A DNA stretch of 56,837 nucleotides, counting the filler, from Bipalium vagum (Eukaryota), in assembly GCA_037834085.1 (NCBI GenBank). It is 3 parts of 3 records of this genome, joined end to end, with 100 filler letters (N's around TTAATTAATTAA, not from the genome) between each part and the next. Parts side by side here need not be neighbours in the genome. Positions count along the whole stretch, not along the records: positions 18,241 to 40,121 come from JBBMKC010230190.1; 2 more parts are not named here. One strand, given 5' to 3'. How positions within the stretch are numbered: the stretch's first letter is position 1; every line of letters begins with the position of its first letter. The notes under the pieces are model-generated. The model searched no databases, had not been told where the DNA came from, and saw only the letters and a program-made list of their open reading frames with translations. Both the position numbers and the translations under genes were made by a program. Positions 25,973-38,754 of this stretch are shown one piece after another.

Positions 25973-27000
25973 CTAGGTATCTGTTTCCTGTTTTATTGAA
26001 AGTAGCAATGGTACAGATACCGGTTTTAGTCTATTTACTTCTCTATCCGACTCATCTCCTGAAAATGCATTTATTTTTGCCTTATTACTGAAGGCTAACC
26101 TTTTGACAGGCTTGATTTCTTCAGTATGAACGCATGATCTCACCATGTGTTCATACTGGCCACACATAAAACATTGAATTTTCCCGACAATGTAGATTAC
26201 CTCTTTGCGGTGGTTTCCTTGACCAACAATCAGTCTCCAAATGATCTCGTTTATGGCTACTCTTGCATACCTTGACTCGGCAATCTTTAGCCTTATGCCC
26301 ACGAATCTGACAATTACTTCATGTAATATCTAAGCTACTACCTCTACTAAAATCTCTTTTCAAATCTGGACATTTTGATGCCATGTCACCTTTTTTATTA
26401 CATTTAAAACACCTTCTGTCTGAACCTCCATACTGTTCCTCATTACCTCTTCTAGACCTTTCTGGTCTTTTAATCAATTCATACACCGTGTTCCTTTTTA
26501 ATCCTCTCATATTCATTCCCATTTTCTTTGGTTTCTGGATTAATTCATCATAATCCTTATATTCGAATAAACTGAGTGCTACCCGCAACTCCTGACTCAT
26601 TCCGATTTAAAACTGATCCTCAAACAACTTCCTTATCTGCTCTCTTATCACCAAATGCACGCTCTGCCAGTATTCCTAACTAGTAGGCAAATTCACCAAT
26701 CATTTCATCTCTTCTCTGCTTTCTCTGCTGAAACATCTGTCTGTTCAGCCTTTCCAGTTTCCCTGGAATCAATCGACTAGTCAAATCTGCTAGTAACTGT
26801 GCCCATGTCATATTCGGCTTCAACTCTACATCTTTGTATGCACTGCTTGCCATACCTTTTAGATAAATGGGCAATCTCTGAATCATTCTGGCATCATTGT
26901 AATCGAAGGCTTCAGCCATTCGTTTGTACTATGCCATAAAAACAGCGAACTCCGTTGGTTCTCATTAAAATCCTTTATGGGCAATTTTTAATAGGATTCC
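25973..27000 (-). pseudogene. gag: Ty3/gypsy-like Gag pseudogene with four CCHC zinc knuckles
   Basis: AEAFDYND...LPIYLKGMASSAY...TWAQLLADL...RKQRRDEMIGEFAY*L (retrotransposon capsid pattern), followed by knuckles CFKCNKKGDMASKC, *SNCQIRGHKAKDC, CKSSHKRDHLETDC, CFMCGQYEHMVRSC. Confidence 0.85.
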
Positions 27001-27344
27001 CTCTCAAAAGACTCTATCTTAATCTCCTCAACAATTCTCTGTTTATTCCTTGTAAGTACCGTTTGAACCGGGTACTTATCCAAAATCACAACAGGCTAAC
27101 TAGCCTTTAATTAAAACAAATAGCTTTAAAAGCCTTAAAAATCCAGCCACGCGAGCTTCACAATTTCAGGTACAGCTCCCTGAGCTTTTATAAAATACAG
27201 CCTCACAGGCTCGCAAATTCTCTCTCTAGCCCACGTATATCACGTCGAGCCGTTCAACAATTATATGTTGGCGCAAACCTACCCCTTAGCGTACCTGACC
27301 TTACTAAGGTTGCTATGGGCCTAACTATAGAGCTCGCAATTTGA

Positions 27345-27563
27345 TTATTAGTTTTATTCCTCCCTTTAGGAGGATCCTCCAATTTTGGAGAAGGAGACCT
27401 AATTTGAGAATTATTTTCTATTTTTGGAGGAGATCTCTTTTTAAGAAGATTAGCTTTTATTTTTCTACTTTTTAAAAAATGTATATTTGTATTTTCATGT
27501 CTACTTTTATTTTTTTATAAAAATAGATTTTTCACAAAATTCGCAATACCATTTTTCAACCAT
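27345..27563 (-). pseudogene. Small C2H2 zinc-finger ORF of the Polinton/adintovirus-like element
   Basis: MVEKWYCEFCEKSIFIKNKSRHENTNIH followed by a frameshifted Ser/Pro/basic tail; similar to the ORF at 38937. Confidence 0.55.
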
Positions 27564-27677
27564 TTTTAATTTTAAAATTTATTTATTTTAAAATAAAGTA
27601 ATTTTTTTTGATAAAATTTTTAATACTCACCCTTAGATTTTCATCTATTTTCGAGTAATTATAAATAATTATATCAT

Positions 27678-29593
27678 TCAGATTTTCATGTTGTTTTTTA
27701 TTTTATTTGTATATGGTTCAAATGTAAAATTTTCTATTAACCATAATAAATCTTTAGAATAAGATTTTAAATCTTTTTCTTCTAAGTTATAATTTTCAGC
27801 TCTTAAAAATATTTCATAATATTTTTTTTGTGGAAATCTATTTTCAATTTTATTTAATTCTTCATTAGACAAATTATTAAAATCGTTTCTTTTGGTTTCC
27901 ATTTTTTAAGAAAAAATTACCCGGTTTTTAAAATTTATTTTAAATTTTTCATTTGGATATTTTTCTAATACATCTTTTAAATATAAATGAAAATCATACT
28001 TTGATCCGTTATAAAAATATAATGGTATGAAGAAGTCTTTTAATGATCTATCATTTATATTACATGAAGAATGTGCTGCTTTTCTATATTTCTCATTTAG
28101 ATGCTCATGGTCGGCAACTTTATTGTCTTTACTTTGTAAATACAATTTTTTTGTATCTTTTAGTATTTTATTACAATATACACAAGTGGTTGAAATAATA
28201 AAATTAATTTCATCTTCTTCATTCATAATTATTGATTTATTTGAATATTTTATAATATCTGTTAAGAATTTATTAATATCAACTAAAAATGTTATATAAT
28301 CGTTTTTTGTATTTACCCTAAAAAATTCATAATATTTTGATTACAACTAATTCTGGATAATTACTTTTTAAATAAATTCCTAATGATAAAGTTATTTGAT
28401 TGATTTCACCATTTATTGTTTTATTAAATGTTTCAAAATCACCATATAAAACAAATGGGATTTTATTTCTAAAATAGTAGTTTTTATATCCATGATAATC
28501 ATCAGAAGGAAATATAGCTTTAGCTTCTTTAAATTCTTGACATAAATTTGTGTTTTTTCAATAAATTTTCTGAATAATATGAATTTAAACATTTTAAATA
28601 TAAATAATTATTTTTGGATTTGATGTTGGCAAATTTAATCATATTTCTTCATAAAACCCAATGATTTTTATATAGTATTAAATTGCATTTTCTATCTTCT
28701 ATTGAATGTTCAGAATTGATGGGTAGTATATTTTGATTATCATCTACTTCAAAAAAATTGACTAATATTATTTTGTTTATTAAATTTTATATCATGAATT
28801 TTCATTGGAAAATTAATATCTCGGATATTTAATTCATTTATAAAGGGAATATAATTATTTAATCTTTCTGAATGATCTTCTGCTGGATGAAGATAAGCTA
28901 TAATGGAATATAAAGACATTAATCATCATTATTTTTAATATTTACAATATATGAAGATTTAAATGGTAATTTTATATAAGAAGAGCCCACTAATGATTGA
29001 TATTTAAAAAAATCTAATTTTAATAAATTTATAAATTTAAATTTCCATCCAGATCCTTGTAATTCTTTTTCCTCGATAAAGGTTTTTAATTGCTTCAAAT
29101 TAGATATTATCACATTTTGAATTTCATTTCTATCTATTATTCTAGTTGGTTGAGAATAGAATTTATATGTTATTTCTTCATTATTAATTGAATTAAAATA
29201 ATCACATTCGATTATTATTTGATATCAAAATTTTTGTTTTTGTTTTTCAAAATATTTATTAATTATATCCATTAGTTCTTCCTCAAAATGAAATATTAGT
29301 TTCATTAATTTTTAAAAATAATTCTAATTTATTTTTCAAAATTTTTTATTTACTATAACCATATTTTTTATACACAGTTTTAAATTTAGAATTTAGATTG
29401 TTTAACATGATTTCATTTACTACTTTTTCTTTTGGTAATTCATTAAAAAAATATTATTATTAAATGAATTATCTCTATGAAGTTTAGATTTATTATGAGA
29501 AATTAAAGCTGTTTTAGTTTTGAAATTTTTACAATATTTTTATTCACAATATAATTCCTTCACTTTGGATTTGCTTTGTTCGGTTTTGTTCAT
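27678..29593 (-). pseudogene. Protein-primed family B DNA polymerase (Polinton/adintovirus type), N-terminal half, decayed
   Basis: N-terminal zinc finger, GSGWKF...GSSYIKLP...IVNIKNNDD, Exo I PFVLYGDFET, endonuclease VII-like insert C..C...VADHEHLNEKYRKAAHSSCN, Exo II FYNGSKYDFHL; many stops and frameshifts; polymerase palm motifs not seen. Confidence 0.85.
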
Positions 29594-30094
29594 TTTTTAT
29601 TTAATTTTTTATATATATTTTACTTTTCAATATATATTAATTCAATAAATGAGTACTGATAATATGATAAGTAGTGGAAAAACAAAGATGAAACTCAAGA
29701 CTTAAGATTTTAAATAAAATTCGTTTTTAATGTTCTTAAAGTCTTTGAGTCACATACATGTTATGAGTAGTATGGAAATAAATAAAATAAATCGAAATCA
29801 AAGCTGTAATTTTTTATTTATATCTGATATCCAATATCTTTAAAACTATTAAGTTTCCGAATAAACCTCTATTTTTTAATTTTTAGTAGAAAACGATCCA
29901 ACGAAGTTGGAGTTGCGAACCAATGGTTTAAAAAACGATTTAGTTTACTTTATTTCTAAATTGAGTTGTGGTTAAATACAATTGAATGTTGCCCACTTAT
30001 TTCCATATAAGTGAATGGATTTTCAGCATTTTTTCCATGGATTTTAATATGGTGGACCCCCTATGAGCGGTGAATGAGTTGAAAATGATACAAA

Positions 30095-30413
30095 TACACG
30101 GTTGACCTTGAAATGTACTTTTATGGTATATGCTACATTGAAATGTACTTTTATCTAGGGTATTTGGTTTAATAATTCTTTTCGCCACTGACGCATGTAC
30201 CAAAATAGTTCCACGGCGTGAAACTCTAAAAATCTATATATTTATAAAATTAATTTAAACTATTCTAATGATGTAAGACTTTAACATAATAATTTTATAC
30301 ACTCACATACACACATACAAATAAATATGTACATACACACATACACGATTGACCTTTTAGGGTATATGTTACCTTAATAAAATGTACTTTTATCCTGGGT
30401 GTTTGGTTTAATC
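30095..30413. repeat. Diverged direct repeat pair (about 75 bp) with internal AAATGTACTTTTAT sub-repeat
   Basis: TACACG.TTGACCTT...GGTATATG.TAC.TT...AAATGTACTTTTATC..GGGT.TTTGGTTTAAT at 30095-30173 and 30342-30412. Confidence 0.6.
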
Positions 30414-31578
30414 TTTGTTTTTTTCAATACTAGGGATATCATTTAATATAAAAAAAAAGAATAGAATCATAAGTGATTGCATTTTTCTTGAGGAAGGATT
30501 TTATGATGAACAAAATATTATTTTCGACTTATCTTCGAACAATGTTAGAAGAGAATCCAGATTTATTGAAAAATCTATTGGGTTAGCCAAGGGCACATCC
30601 CTATGAACCCTGATAAAGACTATATGTTAATGACCACAAAAGGGTCAGAACTTAAATAATAAAAATAAAAATAATAATTAAATAATAATTTTCGTTTAAT
30701 TAACAAGTGCAAAGGTTATTAAAAGTAATATAGATAAAAAATATTCTATTTTAACAAAAAAAGAATCTAATCTTGACGTGCATCGACGCTGACTTGTCAA
30801 GAATCGATTCGGGTCTACAAAGAGGGAACGAATTGAAATTTTGAATTAGGAAATTGGTCATTGACATTACCCAGCGATAAAAAAGTGAATTGACATTCCA
30901 GACTGGTTGATCGTCTGACCAGAGTGATATTTAAGGAGTCGAAATCCGCAGTGGATTGCCATAAAATTCTTCGAAGGAAACTACTTCATAAGAAATTGCT
31001 GTGTGACCATTGGATTTTTACAGTATTATAATAGAATTATTTATAATCTGCTACAATTACATTTACAAGATATGCAAAAATTGAATTAATTGATTTAAAA
31101 CTATTTATTCCAGAATTACATCCAAAGTCAGCATAGAATGGTTATTTCAACACGAATAACAAACAGGATAGTATCTCAACATCTGTTAAATTATTGAAAC
31201 CCTATATCTTTTAATCTTTAGATACATGTTTTAAAAAGTATTTCAGATCCTGGCTGAATTGAATTTGATGATGTTTTTTATCAAATTAATGAAAATAAAT
31301 ATCTATTAAATTATATATATATCGCGAAAAATAGTTTTTTTATAATTATACGGTTTTCGCTTAACTCTCTTTATCTTTAACTTCATTATTGAAAATTTTA
31401 AAAAAGTTTAAAACCTAAAATTGACTCCAATTTATTAATGAAAAACCATGATAATGATAATTATAATTTATTATTAGGAAGTTATTACTTTTCAAATAAT
31501 TGTTTTAATAAATTCATTAAATAAGTTAAAGTTATAATAAATGAACGTTGCAAAATTTTAAAGAAAATTTATTGTATT

Positions 31579-34500
31579 ATGCCTGCATTTATAAATTTTT
31601 TTTTGCCATGTTTAGTCATAGTAATTATACTTGTGCATAATACTTCAGCACTTTCTTACTTTTTTGAAGTAATTAATCATTTTAAATTAAATGAGTAAGT
31701 ATTATTAAATAATTTACTTTAAATTCTTTTGTATTACACTTTAATTTATTTTATAATTAGTTTCTAAATTCAATATGAATTTATGTAATTTTTTATAAAA
31801 TTGTTTGTTATTTTTAGTTCATAGAGTAAAATTTGCGGTAATTAGATTGATAAATATTTAATTAGTGGTTAATATATAGAAGTATTCTTTCAATATTTAA
31901 TAATAACTTATTTTATAGGTTACCAAACATATTTTCCAATCTTTGGCTACATAGTTTATCAGCAACTATACTAGTGAGTGCAGCTCCTTTACTAGTAATA
32001 TTTCTTATTCCAGATCTTAAAAATCATCAAACACTATTAAATATTCTTCTTGCCTTTGCCGCTGGGGGTTTATTGGGTGATGCATTTCTACATTTGATAC
32101 CTCATGCAATTGATCCTCATGACCATGATGATTTTCATTCTCATCATCACGGTCATAAGGAAAACGATCACGATCATGTTCACGGACATGGGCACAGCCA
32201 CAATAATCACTCGAAAAACCTGGTCGTTGGACTGTGGGTTGTTGCTGGAATCATGTCTTTTCTATGTGTGGAAAAGTTTGTCAGATTGGTCAAAGGTGAA
32301 CATGGACACAGTCATCATCAAAATGAATCTATGAACAATAACAAAAGGATATCACATGGTGAATCTAAAAATCCAGAAACTGAAGTCAGGCTGAGAAAAG
32401 CGAAAGAAAAGTTCACTAAGTCAAAAGAGTCCAAGCAACATGACTTAAGAGATCAGAATCAAAACATAAAAATTTCTGGATATTTAAATCTTGTAGCAGA
32501 TTTTGCTCACAACTTCACAGACGGCTTAGCCATAGGTTAGTTAGGATTAGTTAAGTTGATTGACAGAACATTTTGTAAAGTTGTTATATTTAATCAATTC
32601 AGATTAGTTATTGATTCTTTTTTTCATATATGAAATATATTTGAAAAAATCACTAAACGATTATCAATATATTATCGATTATTATAAAAGAGATTGATCT
32701 GAATTTTCACAAAAATGTGTTCTTGGAAAATCGAAAAAAAAATCTTACCAATATATTTTTCATTAACTATTCAAAACTATTTACTTATATTTAACAATAT
32801 TGTCTTTATTTTCAATTTTTTTTCAGGAGCGTCGTTTCTGGTGAACAAAAACGTAGGAATTGTGACCACGATTACAATTCTATTTCACGAAGTACCACAT
32901 GAAATTGGTGACTACGCAATTCTAATTCAATCGGGCTGTTCCAGAAAGAAGGTGACGTTTTTAAATTGCTAATTATTATGCGGGATTATATTGATTTTAT
33001 GATCACAAGGTGGTTATGTGCTCTAACTATTTTCTCATTTAACAAGACGCGAATCTAATGAGCATATGTTTTTAATCATTATTAATTAACTAATTATTAT
33101 TATTAATAAAAAGAAAATTAAGTTTTCGTGAGATCACTATTAATTTACATTAGTAAGAGATTCAGCTTTAGTTTAATTCGTTTGTTGACGAGAGATAATT
33201 CTTATTTTTGTCATTCAGTTCTTCAAAAGCTCAATCAATTTTTTTCCGTTTTATTTTTAATTGCGCTTAACTATAACTACAAAATCCTAACTTTCTGTTT
33301 CAATTTCCAACTTTATTTCGTTGGTGCAGGAATTTTTAGTCTTATGTTAAGGAAATTGGTTAGAGTTTAATTATTTTTATATAATTCCCTCTGGAGAAGT
33401 TAATCGTTATTCTTAAAGTTTAAGATTTTATTATCTAATAATGTCAAGTATTCGCTTACATAATTTTTTATTCCCATCGAGTTTCCTAATTAACTAATCG
33501 ATTTAATTTTCAATTGGTTATATAATTGATTGCACTGACAATTGGTTTAATTCCTTCAGACTTGAACTGATAAAAAATATCTTTTTAGTATAATTAGTGG
33601 TAATAATAATTATTGCTAAGTATATAAACATCTTTACTATGGCGTATGCAAACAATGATGACGCTAGAGTAAATTATTTCAAATAAAAGTATTAAACTCA
33701 AGACTTAAAAATAAACTATTAGAATTAAAATATTATTTCTAAAATTCTACACATCGGGTCTGTAGGGGTTAAGTGTTGCAAATTATGTTACACTTATTTT
33801 AATACCAATATATAGTAAAATTAAAATTCTGTTTTTTGAGTTTCTTAGTGGGAAAGGTTAATCGATGAATTATATCAACATTTATGAAATTTATTTTTAT
33901 TATTATTACTAAATTTATAAAAGGATTTTTTAATGAAATTTTCTTTATATTTTTGGTTTTTAAGGTGATCGATTGGTTATGGTTAAACTTTTCATATTGA
34001 AAGAATTTATGGCTGTTACATTTCGATATTTAAGTTGAATATGGGAGTTAGAAATAGGATGTTAATTTCCAAATAAAAAGATTATTAATCTAAACACGTT
34101 TTATCATCTTATGTAATTCGGTAAGTAATGTGTCATTTTTAATAAGCAAAAATTCTATACTTTCCAAATGACCTAACACAATAAATCGTCAAGACAAAAT
34201 AAAAATATTATTAAATAGAAAATTTGTTCAATATACATTTTTTAATTTCGATCTAAAAGTTAATTTATCCAGGTCTTTTTTCACTAAATTCTGTCATCAA
34301 AATAGGATATTTTCCCATTTGATATTAAATAAGTTTTTTGAGGATTCATAAACAATTATGAAATAAAATTGAATTATTTTTGTCTTTTTATCGATCTTTA
34401 CTATAGGCAATTTTATTGCAATTGATTACGGCTCTGGGAGCTATGCTGGGAACAATCCTCAGTTTATTCGCAAAGGACATTGGAACAAGTTCCACCTGGA

Positions 34501-34658
34501 TTTTACCCTTTACAGCTGGTGGATTTATTTATATTTCTACTGTTTCTGTTTTACCTGAATTGTTGAAAAGTCATTCTCAAATTCGTCAATCGGTTTGTGA
34601 GATCATTGCAATGATCACTGGGGTCGCAATGATGGTTCTGATTGCTCTTTTTGAGTAA
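31579..34658 (+). CDS. SLC39A7: Zinc transporter ZIP7 / Catsup (SLC39A7, LIV-1 subfamily); exons 31579-31694, 31919-32535, 32827-32951, 34407-34658
   Basis: Signal peptide, SAAP..., [21 protein letters not shown], His-rich loop, [67 protein letters not shown]; GT-AG introns in phase. Confidence 0.95.
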
Positions 34659-35562
34659 CTTGAATTTTGTATATGTAACAATTTTTATTTTGCTTATAAT
34701 AAGTGGATTACAATTTGAATTGTTTTTAGTGTCAGGTCTGTGTTATAGAATCAATAAATTCCTATTTCATTGTTTTTTGATTTTCATTTTTATTGAAATC
34801 ATTAAAAATATTTTTCATTTGCTGGAATTTTATCATTCTTTATAATATAAAATTATTGTTTGATTAAAACTAGATATACAGATGTTGATTGTCTAAAGTG
34901 ATCAAATTTGATTCATTCAAGAAAATTGAAGTTCTTGTAAAGAAAAGGTTACAAATCAATTTAAAATCACTAAAAACTTAAAAAATATAAACTGCTCAGA
35001 AATATAAATTTTTTAAACACTTCGATTACATTACCGCAAAGCTTGTTTCATATATTTCTATTACAATTCTTGAAATTGATAATTTGTTATATTGCATCAG
35101 GTAACCACCCATGGTTTTTTATAAATCTATCAAACATTATTGGAATGAAGGCAAATATTTTCTGAATTCAGTCTAACTGCTTTCATTTTTTATCAGAGTA
35201 TTAACCGAAGTATGTCTAAATTTATATTTAGAAAATGAGATAAAACTCGAACTCCAAATTCATAGATCTCACTTAAATATGAACACTTAAAAATATTTTG
35301 CTCAAGCTTGTGATTTTTTAGCCGTTCAATGCATTCAAAACTTTTCGAAATCGGTTCATAATTTTTGTATTTCATATTCTGTCAATTATCAAAATAACTT
35401 TTGGTGTATTGAAAAAAAATGAACTGGTAATTTTAATGTTATTTATTCTAATTACATTAGAATCCGCTTAATGTAATAACATTGGGAGCTAATTTTGAAA
35501 ACATTTACATTTTTAAAACTTTATCTGCTATCCCATTTTTAAAAAAAAATTCTCATTAAATG

Positions 35563-35850
35563 TGTTCACTATTTAGTGTATCAAATTTAGACCTGACTCC
35601 AACTTAGGTGGTGCAAATAATAACAATCAGTAAAGCAACAATTTGTATTTATATCACACAATCATAAAATATACAGAATGGTAATCGAAAGTCTGGGATC
35701 ACAATTCTAATGTCTTAAATGCTTCACAAACCTTCCACTACTTTTCAAAGCACAATACAACCCAATAACAATAATTATAAATAATGAATATAATGTCTCA
35801 ACAATAATGTCCAATAAAATCAATTATTATACAATCAAAGTTCAAATAAA
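35563..35850 (-). repeat. Diverged second copy (solo LTR-like) of the 23873-24230 repeat
   Basis: Shared TGTTCA.TATTTAG.GTATCAAATTTA.ACCTGACTCCAA, TGGTGCAAAT, ACAATCAGTAAAGCAACA, TTGTATTTATA, TGGGATCACAAT, GAATATAATGT blocks in the same order. Confidence 0.7.
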
Positions 35851-36816
35851 ACAAAAAAAACAATATTAATAATTACTTTAACAAAAAAAAAATAAAGATA
35901 AAAGAAAATTGAAAGTTCTTACGGTTTATCTTCCGCTAAAACTAATGAGTTATCGCCTGAGCCCTAACGGTTGTTCACTGATTCTAAGAAGATGTTAAAA
36001 ATATATTATTTAGAAGGAGAAGCCCTAAACGAAATGAAGAAATTTGATCAGAAAAATTATGATTTATTTAAAGAAGAATCATATTAATTTTTCCTCATCA
36101 TATGTTTATTTTCTAATCAAATTTTTTAAATTGGAGAAAACTCACCCGAAAATATTGGATTATGGCCTATCAGTCTATTTTGTGAAGAAGAATTTCACAA
36201 TTATCAAAGAAATTTGCAAAAAAAAAATTGGTAAATAATTTAGATAAACACTTTGAATAACAATTCTATTTATAGTAACTTTTGTGGAATGCCATTCCAC
36301 TTTTTACTCTTATTCTAATTTTTTTAATGAAATAAAATTTTTGATTTTAAAAATATATAATAAAAAATTTAAGATAGTTAATTAGAAAAAATTAAAAAAT
36401 TTTTATTAAAAAATGTCTACAAAAATCAATGAAGAGAAGTTACAAAAAAATTGAAATAGGGAAACCAAAATATATAACATTTAATGGAGAACAACAATAT
36501 TTAGGTTAAAAAATAATGAACGAAGTTAAAGAAAAAATTGAAGATCAAAATGATGAACAAATATCGTACAAATTACGTACCTTTCCAACACATTCACATT
36601 TTTTCTATAATTCAGAAAAAATATTCAACAATTTTTCCATCAACTAGTAAGTATGAATTTAAATTTAATTCAAAAGATATAAAAATTTATGAAATCCTAA
36701 TTTTTAAAAGAAATATATTTAAAAGTGAAATGGAAGAGATTGAAAAAAAAGGCTCTCAATTCTTTACAATGTAAAATACTAAAAAAATCTTTATTTTTCA
36801 AAATTTATATTAAAAA

Positions 36817-37370
36817 ATGAAAATTGAGACAAGTGCACCTTTTGAAAAAATGTATCCAAATTTAGAAAATAAATTTATTAATGAAGATGAAAATTTTGAA
36901 TCTGGTAGATTTTCAAATCCTTTAATAGATCAACTTGAAAAAATTAAAAATTGAAAATTTTATGAATGAAAAAAAAGTTTTAGAGGACTTATTAACACAT
37001 TATAAAAAATTAAAATATAAATATACTAAAATAGATTCACATTTAAAATTAGGAAATATTATAATTACTGGAATTGTTGGAATTGGTACAGCAGTTTTAA
37101 CAGGTGTTTCAACTTTGGTTTATTAATTTATATTCCTGTTGGTACTGGAATTTTTGAAGCTGTAAATTTATTTATTTCTGAAACAATTTCTAAAAATCTA
37201 ACATCCACAAGAAAAAAATTTATAGAGAAATTTGTGAATCTTTAGAAAATTCAATTAGTAAGCTTTATATTTTTCAAATGAAAGCATTAGAAGATAAAAT
37301 ATTAACTAATGAAGAAATTGAACAAGCAAAAATAACTATTAATGATGTAAAGAAAATATTAAAAAAATAA
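36817..37370 (+). pseudogene. Adintovirus/Polinton-like small transmembrane protein, frameshifted
   Basis: SAP..KMYPNL start, hydrophobic IIITGIVGIGTAVLTGVSTL...IPVGTGIF, and KALEDKILTNEEIEQ, a pattern I recall from animal Polinton-like virus gene blocks. Confidence 0.55.
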
Positions 37371-37399
37371 AAAATGGAAATATTATTGAAAATGTTAAA

Positions 37400-37790
37400 G
37401 ATGAAAAAAAGAAAGAGCTAAAGCGAAGCTTGCACGAGACTACGTCTCAATTGAAAAATGAACGGTGGATAAAAGAATTTAATGATAAAGATTTAGTTTT
37501 ATATTTAGACTTCAAAAAATTTGTTAAAGGATCTATGAAGTCATTATATATAAAAAGTATTCAAAAGAAATCGAATGAAAACAAGAAATAAAAAGAGAAG
37601 GAGAAGATTATAAAATTTACAAACCAAAACATTCTCTTGATCAGTTTGTAACTTTAAGCAAATATTTAGCATCTTAAGAAGCAGGGCATGATAATTTTGA
37701 TCATTTAATTTAAAAAATTTTAAATAAATTAAGAAAACAAAAAAATTAAAGAAAAAAATTATGATAAAATAATAAAAAATATGACTTAGT
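37400..37790 (+). pseudogene. Polinton/adintovirus-like uncharacterised protein remnant
   Basis: LSKYLAS*EAGHDNF...ILNKL resembles the L.LL.AS..AGN/H motif protein that precedes capsid genes. Confidence 0.45.
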
Positions 37791-37815
37791 TTCTGATTTA
37801 ATTTTTTCCTAAAAA

Positions 37816-38350
37816 ATGAAAGCAGCGACTCATGGTCTAGACAACTCTGTTGTCGTTTTACAAAAAAATCAAATCTTTTATCTAAAAAATTTTCAACATC
37901 ATTTGTTGTACAAAGTAAAAATTCTGATATTACTTTTAAATTTCAAACTCCTTTAGTTCTTGATCCTAATTCTAACTATGAATTATCATTACTTTATTTT
38001 TCTACTTTTAATTCAATTTTTAAAATTAATGAAAACAATAAAAAAAATAATTGTAAAAGTTACAGATAGTAAACTTAAGCCACAAACTAAAAATATAAGT
38101 TAAACTCCAGTGCATATGAAACTGAGAAAATGTCAAAAGTTATTGAAAATGTATTCAAATATGATAAAAGTTTAAAACCATTAAAAGAAAAAGAATATTT
38201 TATAAAAATAAAACCAAATCCAATTTCTTTAAATTATCTAATGAAAATATCAAAAGGTTGGTTTGTTCAATTTCCTAAAGAAAATTCTTTAGCTACCATT
38301 TTAGAATTTGAAACTGAAAAAACTTATACGGAAGGAATTCATAAATCTAA
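37816..38350 (+). pseudogene. Minor capsid (penton-like, single jelly-roll) protein, N-terminal part
   Basis: FQTPLVLDPNSNYELSLLYFSTFNSIFKINENN...AYE...IKIKPN...NSLATILEF...YTEGIHKS fits the Polinton penton pattern P+.L...YE+.L..F...NSI.NI...NN...G.YE...S+..+LGF....Y..G.H.S. Confidence 0.7.
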
Positions 38351-38354
38351 TATT

Positions 38355-38611
38355 TTTCAAACAATCCTCAATTATCTTTATTAGAATTTCAAAATTTATA
38401 TTCTATATTTTGTTTTGATTTGAAAGATCAACTAGAAAATTTATGTTTAAATGGAGCAGCAATAACTTTATATATTTTAAAAGATAAAGATTTTAAAGGA
38501 AAAATAAATGTAGTTTTATTGCAAGAGCAATTTATGGAAATAAAATTAAAAGGAGGAAAAATGTTTAATATTGAAACAAAAGTAAAAAGCAATTTGAAAT
38601 ATATTTTTTGA
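38355..38611 (+). pseudogene. Major capsid (hexon-like, double jelly-roll) protein, C-terminal fragment
   Basis: NPQLSLLEFQNLYSIFCFDLKDQLENL...ITLYI...VVLLQE resembles the P.LS..EF...YPIFVFDLS.Q.E.L C-terminus of Polinton-like MCPs. Confidence 0.55.
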
Positions 38612-38754
38612 AATTTTATATTTTTATAATTTGTTAAAATTATTAAATCATATAGTAATTATTAATTTTCTATAACTTATTTTTATTGCCCTTTTTAAGA
38701 TATATTTTTTTAATTTTTATAAATTTTATCTTTTTTATTTTTTTAAAAAAATTA

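Noticed and set aside
29649-29705. MSTDNMISSGKTK as a possible packaging ATPase Walker A start divergent from PolB
   Set aside because: Lacks the first Gly of GxxxxGKT, stops after 18 codons, and has no downstream ATPase motifs.
33755-33862. Two GGTTAA ends resembling piggyBac termini
   Set aside because: No matching opposite TIR or transposase fragment found.
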